64,000 nucleotides of DNA, from positions 434,001 to 498,000 of the forward strand of contig NIVC01000544.1 in NCBI GenBank assembly GCA_002269645.1. Direction: 5' to 3'. The position numbers were made by a program, and so were the translations under genes. Below are positions 46,230 to 58,378 of the stretch, in pieces. The notes below the pieces were generated by a model. The model searched no databases. It was not told the DNA's origin and saw nothing but the letters and a program-made list of their open reading frames with translations. This DNA is from Macrostomum lignano. Taxonomy: Eukaryota. Positions within the stretch are counted from its first letter, which is position 1, and the number at the start of each line of letters is the position of its first letter.

Positions 46230-47531
46230 AATTGCTGGAATGCCTCAGATCCTCACGATCCGACCGTTTCTGATGACGCCATTTCGGGATCCCAATTCGA
46301 ATTCCGAGCAAAATTTCAACCGGCGACTGAGCAAAACACGCGTGACAATCGAGAGAGCGTTCGAAGTTTTGAATGTGAGATTTCGATTCCTCGATCACAA
46401 CTGAGGAGCTTTACAGTTCAATCCGAGTAAGGCCGTGTGCAACATCATTTGTTGCATGTGTGAAACATCATTGTAGTGTTGTATCCCGACGAGTCGGTGT
46501 CAGGACACACGGACTCTCTTTCGCCCCCCAGGGCAACCGAAATAAGGAAGGCAGATTGAGTGCGCACTTACTCAACTGACGGCTGTCGTCTAGGGCCGGT
46601 ACGGGTTGGTGGCCTCTTTCAGTTTGTTTTGTTTGAAGCAGTCGTATGGCCGTAGCCTTGGCAATATGGAGCCGACTAGCTAGTGAGCTGATTGACTTGA
46701 GTAATCCGAGAGACTCAGTGAGGGATTGCCGAGCAGGGGGGGGGGGCACGTACCGCTCCAATCCACCGCGAGCGATGCTAAATAGCGCACGCCCGCGGAG
46801 GGGGGAGGGCCACACGCTCTCCCACCCCACGACCCCAAGACCCCACCAACCCCCAGCCAACCAACCCGCGCGGGCCCGGCAGCACCAAACCCGCCTCCGG
46901 CTCAGCCAATCACTACACTACTGGGCTGGCTGCAACCAATCGCAGCGCAGGGTGAGAAACATCATATCCGACTTTCAAGCCTCTGGCTGCGGAATACGCG
47001 AAGGGGGGTGATAACAAACGAAAACAACATGGGTGCAAACAGGGATGACTCAACCCGCTGGGAGGGCTAAGTGCACTGGCACTGTGAAAGTGCACAACAC
47101 AACACATCTTTGTTGCATGTGACTAACATCATTGTTGCATGCTGCGTGCTCCACAATTTCGCCGTAGCCTGCAGAGCCATTCCACTTTTACCTGAACATC
47201 AGCCGCTAGCCATGGAAGAAACTGCTGAAAATGAAGCCGCACTGGCTGAAGACATCGCTGCTGGTCGAGCAGAAAGGCAGCGGATCATGGAGTTAGCTCG
47301 TACTCCCACCAAATGCGAAGTTTTTGACTTAATGAAGTCGGCACAAGTGCATTTTCGCAACTAAAGAGTGGCTTACGACAGGACCGACCTGTCCTAGATT
47401 TACGGCGGAACTTAAGAAGCCGAAGTGACTTACAAAAGTTTCACCGAACGCAAATTTACCGGTACGACACGGCGCCAACGTAAGTTAAAACTTAAGGATA
47501 CCGTGACGCAAAAGCTTTATAGAACGGGCCC
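46230..47531 (+). mobile_element. PIF/Harbinger transposase remnant with an internal insertion and a probable right end
   Basis: PFLMTPF..P....EQNFNRRLSKTRVTIERAFEVLNVRFRFL (about 46260-46400) and NIIVACCVLHNF (about 47125); CTTTATAGAACGGGCCC end near 47531; left end not found. Confidence 0.7.
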
Positions 47532-48023
47532 ATGATTTATAAATTAGTGGAGTATAAATAGGTAGCGGCAATGGGTAAAATAATAAAAATTAATTAAATA
47601 ATAACAATTACTAATAGATACTAAACTATAAACTACTCAGAGTGAAACGCATAATTTTGGCCCTCATTTGGATTATAAATCGATATAATTAAGGTTGTGT
47701 AACAGAAATTTGTTGAATCAATAAATTTTTGAACAAAGCTTGAATAGTTATTAACCAATTAACTTATATTAAAATGGCAAATCACTTTGATTCCTAATAA
47801 TCATTTTGCAATTAGGAATGTAGTTCGTCTTTAATATTAGCGTTGGAATTTCAAGACAGACTTTACCATAGCTAATGGAATGCACTTCCGGATATTTAAA
47901 TTTAGTTATAATAGTGTTTTAAATACTGATTACTATACCGATTTCCTTATTAGCGGGAATTCGAATTAAATAGGTCCAGTTGAAATCCAGTGTACACTGT
48001 ATATACTGTTTTGACACGATCAA

Positions 48024-51000
48024 TCAAAGACAGCGCGACAACCGAGGCAGTACGTAGCGCATAGCGACTGCCAGCAAAGGCGAGGCAGTTGGCGGCGTAG
48101 ATTTCATTCGACCGGCGCTGCCAGCATTGTCGATGTGAGTGTAGGACAGAGGAATTTTAGAGTCCGTGCCGTGCTGAAATTTACAAGGTATAAATGATTG
48201 TAAACTTACAATTTCTCAGATTTTAAAATTAGCGAAACTATTTTATTTACCGGTATATGCACTTGTAGTAGGGCAGATATGCTTTTACACTACTGTCAGT
48301 AGTTCTAGCCAGGAAAAACATTTTGGTGGGGTTATATCGCGAATTGGGACTTCCCTGCCAATATCGAGCTTAACTATCGAGCAGTTAGAGCTCTGGGAGA
48401 GAAAACCCGTTGTTGCTTTCCAAGTTGATTTTAGTCTTGAAACCAACTTCTAATTTCGAAGAATAAGAGGTAAGATAGGGCGATAAAGTTGGGGAATATC
48501 CTTTTAGTAAATAAATTTTTGGTTTCCTTCTTTTATTCTTTGATCGCTAAATACTAGAATTAGAGAAAATCAGGGACCTGGAGGCAGCCACTATCTAAAT
48601 CAAACCAGTTAAATCCACTAGGCATAATTATAATAAAACCATAGCTTGAACGGCAGGACCACGACTGCACGTAATATAATATATATTAATATTTGCAACA
48701 CTTGCAACCAAAGTACACGAGGTATTTATTACCAATTTCTAAGTTTAACAATAAACACATCTGATATACGCCCACTTACGTCAATTACCCAATTTAAAAA
48801 CGTCTCGCTTAAGCGTACGGTCAAGCGAGTACACGAAGTACTGGAATTCCGACCGTAGCTTCATGTATACATTCAAATTATAATTCAAGATTTTGCAACT
48901 ATAGAACTACAATACTGTCGAAACAATTCAGTTATTACGCTAATCAATATCTGTACCTTATCTAAACCGGAAGCTGCGGCTAAGAATGCGGCCGGAAATT
49001 GATGGCCACGCGGGGTGGCTGCACTGGGTTGCGGATTGCACTGCAGTAGCTCCTCGTATGGACCTGATGACCGAACAAAGTCCCAGTCTTCGCGTCTGAC
49101 AGTGGAAATCTAAATAGCGAGGGTTCATAAAGTAGTCAAATATAGCTCTGTTGTCAGCCAATTAGCGATCAGTTTTCCTCTCAACCAATCAGCGATCAGT
49201 TCTCTTCTCAACCAATCAGCGATCAGTTTTCCTCTCAACCAATCAGCGATCAGTTCTCTTCTCAACCAATCAGCGATCAGTTCTCTTCTCAACCAATCAG
49301 CGATCAGTTCTCTTCTCAATCAATCAGCGATCAGTTCTCTTCTTAACCAATCAGCGATCAGTTATCTTCTTAACCAATCAGCGATCAGTTCTCTTCTTAA
49401 CCAATCAGCGATCAGTTCTCTTCTTAACCAATCAGCTATCAGTTCTCTTCTTAACCAATCAGCGATCAGTTATCTTCTTAACAAATCAGCGAGCAGTTTC
49501 TCTAATAGAAAAAATTAACGAATAAAAAATTGACATTGCATTTCCACCTCAAACGGATCGGCAATTAGATCGCCAGCAGCTTGTAACTTTGCGGCCACTC
49601 CCAGCCTTCTTGCCGGCCCATTGTCCATCGCTATGGAATATCCCTGGCCGTAGGCTAGCACAGCGTGGCCAGTGAGGGTCGCCACGGTAAACAGCCTGGC
49701 TCTGCTCGGTTCCGCAAGCTCCAACGCTCGCTCACGCTGCAGACACAGCAGATCAGCTAGAATCATTCTGCCTTCGGCGTCGGTGTTCACCACGCGAACT
49801 CGACGACCGGCCCGGCTGACGATGACCTCGTCGGGCGAGTAGCTCCCTGATCCGATGGAGTTTCGCACCAGGCCGAGGCTGCAGCGAGCCGTCAGATTTG
49901 GCGGACGCAGCTGGGCAAGCAGGCTGAACAAGCCGGCAACCGCTGCTGCGCCACACTTGTCCCGGTGCATGCCGACCATGCTGCCACCGGTTTTTAGGCT
50001 CAGTCCACCAGAGTCGAACGTGACGCCTTTGCCAGCTAGAAGGAGTGTCACGTGCGAGCGGTCAGCGGCATCGGCCTGTGGGATGGTTGCGAGGAGCAGG
50101 GAGCTGCTTCCGAATCATTTCTGACGGACTGAGATAGGGTAGAAGCTGACCAAGAGAGGGTAGAAGCTGACTGGGAGAGGGTAGAAGCTGACTGGGAGAG
50201 GGTAGAAGCTGACTGGGAGAGGGTAGAAGCTGACCAAGAGAGGGTAGAAGCTGACTGGGAGAAGGTAGAAGCTGACTGGGAGAGGGTAGAAGCTGACTGG
50301 GAGAGGGTAGAAGCTGAAGTACCATATCAGCTCCCACTGCAACGCAAGTAAGAAAGCAGATTTAACAGCCAAACTTATAAGACAGCAGAAATTTTTTGTT
50401 GCTATGAAAAGATTGTATTGTAATTAATAATTTACCCGACTATTCAGCTCGCCCTCATAGGTGAGGTGTACCACCTTTCCACGGTGCCTCTCAACGCTGC
50501 CTCTGTCTACAGCCGCCATTAACGGATATTTCTCCGGCTTAATTGATTCTTCAATCTCCATGACAACTGGACCGTTGCTAACGACGCCAAATTCCGACGC
50601 AAGTCGATCCGCAATGCGACCAGGCGACATTCGTTCCGGATCTGAGCCGCCGATGTCTCTGGCAAGTTGGCGGCCGGACTCCAGAGCCCGGATGAAGTTG
50701 AATCGCTGAGCCACCAATGCTGCAGTGGCATCGTCTTCTTGATTAACCAGGTAGCCAAGTCTGCCAACCAGGGCCGCATTTCTGTTGCCTGTTTAAATAC
50801 GTGTGTTTTGAATCTCTACATATAAATTACACCATTCGCTTTGTTTGCTTTTCTTGATGTTTTGCTCACGAAGATTGAATCAAAGAGCGCAATACCAGTT
50901 GGAAAGTTATTCTTCCTATATACTAAAAATGAGTTGTCTGTATGTATGTATGTATATGGGTATGCGATTGATTTCAGAAAAAATGGCTCAACCGATTTTC

Positions 51001-54000
51001 TTCAAACTTGCACCATTTGATCAGAAATTTTCCTGGGACAGTACATGCATCTTGGCTAAAAAATTGCTCATTTTTAAAGGGATTAAATATTCGAAAAACA
51101 TGCTTTTTTGCAAAGGTCAAGCAGCTCTTTCGACCTAAAATTCATTGTAAGAATGCTAGAGAAAAAACTGACTGGCTGAATTCCGATTGTGATAAAGATT
51201 GCATCACAACAAGTTGAAAACAGTGCCGAAGAAATGCACACACGACTTGATTTAAATTGCGTAACCATATTGCTAACTTAAATTGAGACTGATACTGGCT
51301 GACTGAGAAATTGATTATGTCATAACTTTTTACTTCAATTGACTTGCTGTAAGAATTGAATTATAAGGGCCACAATTCACGTTCTCCAATTGAAAAGAGA
51401 TAGCCAAGATGCGAACAGACTGGAATGCTAATGTAGCGACCTGGGTTCGAATCTTAGTAGTGCAAAAAGATTTTTTTTATCAAAACACCTTAAAAACACA
51501 AAACTTCTAAACATAAAAGAAGCGCAATGTCAAACATAGAAGAGCCACCATGTCGAACATTAAGGAGCCAACATTTCGAATATAAAAGAGTTACCATGTC
51601 AAACATAAAATAAGCACTATGTCAAACATATACGTGACTCCATGTCAACGATTAAAAAGCCACCATTTCAAACATAGAAGAGCCACCATGTCAAACCTAA
51701 ACAAGCCACCATGTCCAACATTTAAGAGCCACCATGTCAAACCTAAACAAGCCACCATGTCAAACATTTAAGAGCCACCATGTCAAACATTTAAGAGCCA
51801 CCATGTCAAACATATATGTGACTTTATGTCAAACTGTAAAGAGCCACCATTTCGAACATTAAACAGCCACTTTGTCAAACATTAGAGAGCCGCCGTGTCA
51901 AACATAAAAGAGCCACCAGGTTAAACATTAAAGAGCCACCATGTCAAACATAAAAGAGCCACCATGTCAAACATTAAAAAGCCACCATGTCGAACATAAA
52001 AGAGCCACCATGTAGAATATTAAAGAGCCACCATGAAGAACATTAAAGAGCCACCATGTCAAACATTTAAGAGCCACCATGAAGAACATTTAAGAGCCAC
52101 CATCTCAAACATATATGTGACTTTATGTCAAACTTAAAAGAGCCACCATTTCGAACATTAAATAGCCACTTTGTCAAACACTAGAGAGCCGCCGTGTCAA
52201 ACATAAAAGAGCCACCAGGTTAAACATTAAAGAGCCACCATGTCAAACAATAAAGAGCCACCATGGCGAACATTAAAGAGTTACCATGTCGAACATAAAA
52301 GAGCCACCATGGCGAACATTAAAGAGCTACCATGTCAAACATTAAAAAGCTATCATGTCAAACACAAAATAGCCACCATGTCAAACATAGAAGAGACACT
52401 ATGTCAAACGTATACGTGACTCCATGTCAAACATAAAAGTGCCACCATGTCAAACATTAAAGAGCCACCATGTCGAACATTAAAGAGCCACCATGTCAAA
52501 CATTAAAGAGCCACCATGGCGAACATTAAAGAGCCACCATGTAAAACATAAAAGAGCCACCATGTCAAACATTAAAGAGCCACCATTGCAAACATTAAAG
52601 GGCCACCATGTCAAACATAAAAGAGCCACCATGTCAAACATAAAAGAGCCACCATGTCAAACATAAAAGAGCCACCATGTCAAACAATAAAGAGCCACCA
52701 TGGCGAACATTAAAGAGCCACCATGTCAAACATTAAAGAGCCACCATGTCAAACATTAAAGAGCCACCATGCCAAATATAAAAGAGCCACCATGCCAAAC
52801 ATTTAAGAGCCACCATGTCGAACATTTAAGAGCCACCATGCCAAACATAAAAGAGCAACGATGTCAAACATAAAAGTGCCATTATGTCAAAAATATACGT
52901 GATTCCATGTCAAACATTAAAGAGCCACCATGTCAAACATTAAAGAGCTATCATGTCAAACACAGAATAGCCACCATGTAAAACATTAAAGAACCACCTT
53001 TTTAAACAAAAAAGAGACCCCATTTCAAACATAAAAGAAGTGTCATGCCAAACAAAATGGAACCATTATAAAGCTAAGGAAATTGTTGCACTAGCAACTT
53101 GTTCTCTGGTGGATGCTTGCCTTTTAAGGATGGATACTTGCTTACAGGGGGATGCTTGCTCTTGTGGGTGGAGGGTACTTGCTATCTGAGAGGGGGTTGC
53201 TAGATATCTATACGGTATCTTTGTATCCAGGTTATGCTTGCTATCAGGGGTTGCTTGCTGTCTGGGGGATGCTTGCGATCTGGGGGATGCTTGCGAACTG
53301 GGGGATGCTTGCTATATGGGGTCTGAGGGAATGCTTGCTATCTGCGGGATGCTTGCTATCTGGCGGTGCTTGCTATCGGGGGGATGCTTGCTATCTGGGG
53401 AATGCTTGCTATCTGGGGTCTGGGGGAATGCTTGCTATCTGGGGATGCTTGCTATCTGGGGTTGCTTGCTATCGGGGGGATGCTTGCTACCTGGGTATCG
53501 ATGTTTGAATGCTGTCTGAGGATGCTTGCTGTCTTGGGATGTTTTGTTTTTAGAGGGAATGTCTATTGTTGTTTTTTGAAGGTTTTATTTCGCTGTCTAT
53601 TTGTTATTTGTAAAGAACAAGGATTCTATCCAGATGTCCCCCATCGGGGGGCGAAGATAGCTAGTCCAATATACTAAAAATCAAAATCCTATATACTAAA
53701 AATGGTCTGTCTGTGTCTATGTGATCGATTAGAGAAAAAATGGCTGGACCGATTTTGTTCGAACTTGCACTGTTCGATCAGAAATTTTCCCGTGACGGTA
53801 CATGCATCGTGGCTAAGAAATTGCTCGATGCTAAAGGCATTAAATATTCGAAAAACATGCTTTTTTGCAAAGGTCAAGCAAACTTTTCGACTTGAAATGC
53901 ATTGTAAGAATGCTAGAGAAAAAACTGACTGGTTGAATTCTGATTCTGAAATAGATTGCATCATAACTGAATTGTAACTCCGACTTGAATTGAAAATGCA

Positions 54001-57000
54001 GTGTGGAAGCGTAGCACCAGACTTGATTTAGATTGCGTAACCATATTGTTAACTGATACTGACTGACTGAGAAACTGATTATGTCATAACTGCTTCGTGT
54101 GATTTACTCTATGCTTGGATTTTAAAGTGTTGAATTATATAAGTGCAAAATTTGATGTTATCAAAACGATGAGAGCTAGCCTAGAGGTGAACAAACTGAA
54201 CTGTTAAATGCAGCGACGATGGTTCGAATTTTCATAGAGTATAATTTTTTAATTAAAGCTTTTCAACGTCAGGAAAACTAAAAGACTTTTTAAAAAGAAT
54301 CGTCATGTAAAAATCATAGAAGCGTCATGTAAAAAATCATAGAAGCGTCATGTAAACAATCATAGAAGCGTCATGTAAAAAATCATAGAAGCGTCATGTA
54401 AACAATCATAGAAGCGTCATGTAAAAAATCATAGAAGCGTCATGTAAACAATCATAGAAGCGTCATTTAAACAATCATAGAAGCGTCATGTAAACAATCA
54501 TAGAAGCGTCATGTAAACAATCATAGAAGCGTCATATAAAAATCATAGAAGCGTCATGTAAACAATCATAGAAGCGTCATGTAAACAATCATAGAAGCGT
54601 CATGTAAACAATCATAGAAGCGTCATGTAAACAATCATTGAAGCGTCATGTAAAAAATCATGGAAGCGTCATGTAAACAATCATAGAAGCGTCATGTAAA
54701 CAATCATAGAAGCGTCATGTAAACAATCATAGAAGCGTCATGTAAACAATCATAGAAGCGTCATGTAAAAATCATAAAAGCGTCATGTAAAAATCATTGA
54801 AGCGTCCTGCAGAAATCGTAGAAGCGTCATGAAATAATCATAGAAGCGTCATGTAAAAAGCATAGAAGCGTCATGTAAACAATCATAGAAGCGTCATGTA
54901 AACAATCATAGAAGCGTCATGTAAACAATCATGGAAGCGTTATGTAAACAATCATAGAAGCGTCATGTAAAAAGCATAGAAGCGTCATATAAACAATCAT
55001 AGAAGCGTCATATAAAAAATCATAGAAGTGTCATGTAAAAATCATAGAAGCGTCATGAAAAAATCATAGGAGCCTCATTTAAAAACTAATGAAAGTGTCA
55101 TTTAAAAAATTAAGAAGCATCATGGTAGAATAAAAGAAGCGTCATGTCAGACATGAAGGGTGTCATGTAAAAATTAAATGCAGCTATAATGCTGTGCTGG
55201 GGAGAAAAACTGAGACGTAAAGGCTCTCAGAGAATAACTGAGATTACGGGGGGGGGTTCTGAGATGTCAAAGCAAAAGTCAGAAGCTACTTCAAAGTTCA
55301 TGTACTTTACTCAATTTTTTTATTGCATTATTTGTTGGCTCGCCACGGGGGGGGCGCTGATAGAAGAAGAGTCATGTAAAAAATAAAAGTAGCACTACGT
55401 ATACATAAAAGAAAAGTCATGTCGAAGTTAAAAGATTCATTTGGGAATTGCTACGATGTCAAAGCTTGGTGGAAATCGTTATAGTGCTGTGATTCTTAAA
55501 GAAGGAATCACTAAAATGTCAAGGCTTAGGGGAGAAGAATTGCTGAGATTTCAAGGCTTTAGGTTGGGTTAAAGTTAGGTTTAGGTCAGGTGTGGGTTGA
55601 GGGTTATATTTTATCGGATTTCAAGGTTAACAGAATAACAGGGGATTTTTTAGATTTCAAGGTTTATGGGGGCCATCGCTGACATGTTAAGACTTACGGG
55701 GGGAATATCTGAGATGTCAAGGTTCACGGGGGTATAAATGAGATTTCAAGGCTAAAGTCAGAAGCTACATGTAGTTTATTGAAAACTTTTTATTACATTA
55801 TTTGATGCCTCCTCTGGGGAGGGATCGCTGATAAAAAAAGCGTAATGTAAAAAATAAAATAAGCTTCATGTCGAAGTTAAGAGATTCATTTGGGAATCTC
55901 TACGATGTCGAGGCTTGCAGGGAATCGCTATAATGCTGTAGTAGTGCTATAATGACTCTTAGAGAGAATTACTGAAATTTCAATGCTTTAGGGTTAGGTT
56001 AGGGTTAGGGTTAGGGTTAGGGTTAGGGTTAGGCTAGGGTTAGGGTTAGAAGGTTGAAAGATATTTTTAGATTTCCAAGGCTTATTTGGGGCATTGCTGA
56101 GATGTCAAGGGGGGAAGTTGATATGTTAAAGCTTGTGGGGGGGGAATTACTGACATGTCAAGGCTTACAAGGTTTGACAGGAGATTTTTTAAGATTTCAA
56201 GGATACATGTAGTTTATTAAAAAAACGTGTATTGCATTTCTTTGGCTCCCCAACGGGGGGCGTAGATTGCTAGTCTCTTTCTAAAAATCATTTGGAGTTC
56301 ACACCCAATCACCAATGCACTGAGTGTGTGGTTCACACCCAACCACCAAGGCACAGAGTGTGCGGTTCACACCCAATCACCAATGCACTGAGTGTGGGGT
56401 TCAAACCCAATCACCAAGGCACAGAGTGTGCGGTTCACACCCAATCACCAATGCACTGAGTGTGCGGTTCACACCCAACCAACAAGGCACAGAGCGTGCG
56501 GTTCACACCCAACCACCAAGGCACAGTGTGCGGTTCACACCCAATCACCAATGCTCTGAGTGTGCGGTTCACACCCAATCACCAATGCACTGAGTGTGCG
56601 GTTCACACCCAATCACCAAGGCACAGAGTGTGCGGTTCACACCCAACCACCAAGGCACTGAGTGTGCGGTTCACACCCAATCACCAATGCACTGAGTGTG
56701 CGGTTCACACCCAATCACCAATGCACTGAGTGTGGGGTTCAAACCCAATCACCAAGGCACAGAGTGTGCGGTTCACACCCAATCACCAATGCACTGAGTG
56801 TGCGGTTCACACCCAATCACCAATGCACTGAGTGTGCGGTTCACACCCAATCACCAATGCACTGAGTGTGCGGTTCACACCCAATCACCAATGCACTGAG
56901 TGTGCGGTTCACACCCAACCAACAAGGCGCAGAGTGTGCGGTTCACACCCAATCACTAAGGCACAGAGTGTGCGGTTCACACCCAACCACCAAGGCACTG

Positions 57001-58378
57001 ATTGAAAATGAGATAGACAGAACACTGTAACAAGTTAACATTAACAAGCAAGCCATATGCAACTGTGAGCTCATGGAATATTTATTAGCCTTTTAATAAT
57101 TATGAAAGCCACGAATCGTAGAATATGATGTAGAGAAGCAAGTAAACAATTTAATCATTGTTGGAAAACAAAAACAAGCAGTAAGTAGGGCGCAGAGCCT
57201 AAATGGGTATATTTATAAGATGTTAACTAACGGAAGGGGATTGAGTGCAAGTGTAAAAGAGGGGTTGGAAATTTGGAATGCGCGTCTTAGTAAAGAGGCG
57301 CCATTATTGAAGAGCCTATCGACATGAAGCAATACATTTTGGCCCAGAAAGTTCCCATACAGTTTGAATGCATTTCCAGCCAATCAATGCGTTCCGATTC
57401 AAGCAAAAGCAGAGGACACAACGCCAACCTTAGCCAATGAGAAATAGTAATGTACCTTTAGGGACAACCGATCGCCTTCTTACAACAGAGATCGAACCTA
57501 TCAGTTCGCCCGAACAATCCTATATACTAACAAAATAGTAAAAAATAAGTACGAATTTGTCGAATCCGCTGTCTCAGTTATTTGGCTCTCACACTGATAA
57601 TCGAAGTTATTATACAGCCTTACAGTAGTGACAGTGAGATGAGAGTCCAGAAGACCAAGGACACCTCAACACTAATCAAATATTTCAAGAAGGCGGCCAG
57701 GAAGAGAGATAAAATAACAAGACAACAGAATAGAGAGAGACAGGCAGGTGCAGATGAACCAAGAACCAAGAAAGTCGCGACTTAATGTAGTTCTGTTGTA
57801 ATTTACCTGGAAATATATGTAGAAATTTCCAACCGTTAACTCCACGCTTACCTGTAGCTTCCCGCACCTCCAACGGGCAATAGACAGCCTGCAAAGCGCC
57901 AAGTGCAATGCAGCGATCCAAGTTATTTAAATCCATCGACCATTGATCGCTAGGCAGGCTGCCAAGCCAAGCTCGGCACAGGAGGGGCGAACGCGACCCA
58001 GCCGATATGGCCAGTTCAATGCCGCGCTGGGCCGCATCATAGAGACTGCGACTGTCATCAAAGTCTCGATTCAAAGGCCCAGTGTGGGCGAACACCAGCC
58101 GGCCTGCTGGAGCGACCGACTCGCTGCAGGGCACAAAGGTTGTCGATTTTGGCGACATAATTGAACAATTTTTCTACAACAGGGTGTTTAATATATAATA
58201 CGATTTTTAGTCATGAAAATAGAGTAATGTAACTGGTTTTACTTACAGCACAATAATGTTGAATTGTCTTGGAAAATGCTGACAAATTCTGGCCAAGATG
58301 CAATGGATTGTCGCCAACTATTATTATGCAATCATAATTGGACTGTTGCAATAAGGAGCATGGTTCTATGGAGCACAT
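48024..58378 (-). CDS. Leucyl aminopeptidase, peptidase family M17 (spliced, about 545 aa)
   Basis: Phase-compatible exons 58378-58247, 58173-57852, 50788-50436, 50075-49548, 49109-48957, 48173-48024; motifs ARDIGGSDPERM, GKGVTFDSGGLSLK, MHRDKCGAA, NTDAEGR, ATLTG, HIDNAG. Confidence 0.93.
49155..49500. repeat. 27-bp minisatellite containing CCAATCAG
   Basis: Unit CCAATCAGCGATCAGTTCTCTTCTCAA, about 12 copies. Confidence 0.9.
50135..50320. repeat. 21-bp minisatellite (GAGAGGGTAGAAGCTGACTGG)
   Basis: Tandem units in an aminopeptidase intron. Confidence 0.9.
51530..53040. repeat. 21-22-bp minisatellite (AAAGAGCCACCATGTCAAACAT) inside Helitron 1
   Basis: Tandem units visible directly. Confidence 0.95.
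53140..53530. repeat. ~18-bp degenerate repeat (GATGCTTGCTATCTGGGG) inside Helitron 1
   Basis: Tandem units; cause of the MLAIWG ORFs. Confidence 0.9.
54295..55160. repeat. 23-bp minisatellite (AATCATAGAAGCGTCATGTAAAC) inside Helitron 2
   Basis: Tandem units visible directly. Confidence 0.95.
55988..56048 (+). repeat. Interstitial (TTAGGG)n-type run
   Basis: TTAGGG repeated with two variant units; a degenerate paralog lies at about 55558-55605. Confidence 0.9.
56295..57000. repeat. 34-bp minisatellite (CACACCCAATCACCAATGCACTGAGTGTGCGGTT)
   Basis: Tandem units immediately downstream of Helitron 2. Confidence 0.95.

Larger units (their letters stand above)
50914..53664 (+). mobile_element. 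Non-autonomous Helitron, copy 1
   Basis: 5' TCCTATATACTAAAAATG; 3' hairpin CCCCC-ATC-GGGGGG followed by CGAAGATAGCTAG then T; first ~550 bp homologous to copy 2. Confidence 0.75.
53687..56273 (+). mobile_element. Non-autonomous Helitron, copy 2
   Basis: A|TCCTATATACTAAAAATG start; 3' CCCC-AAC-GGGGGG hairpin then CGTAGATTGCTAG|T; no TIR or TSD. Confidence 0.8.

Noticed and set aside
44540-46490. Hammerhead ribozyme cores (CTGATGAG near 44543; CCGACGAG near 46476) suggesting Penelope elements
   Set aside because: No correctly spaced GAAA or stem II/III could be formed.
51410-51460. B-box-like GGGTTCGAATC as a tRNA gene
   Set aside because: No cloverleaf; it is part of the Helitron 5' block and degenerate in the second copy.
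57582-57785. Plus-strand 67-aa ORF (STLIKYFKKAARKR) as a LINE C-terminus or antisense exon
   Set aside because: Weak resemblance only; no upstream RT remnant or tail found.
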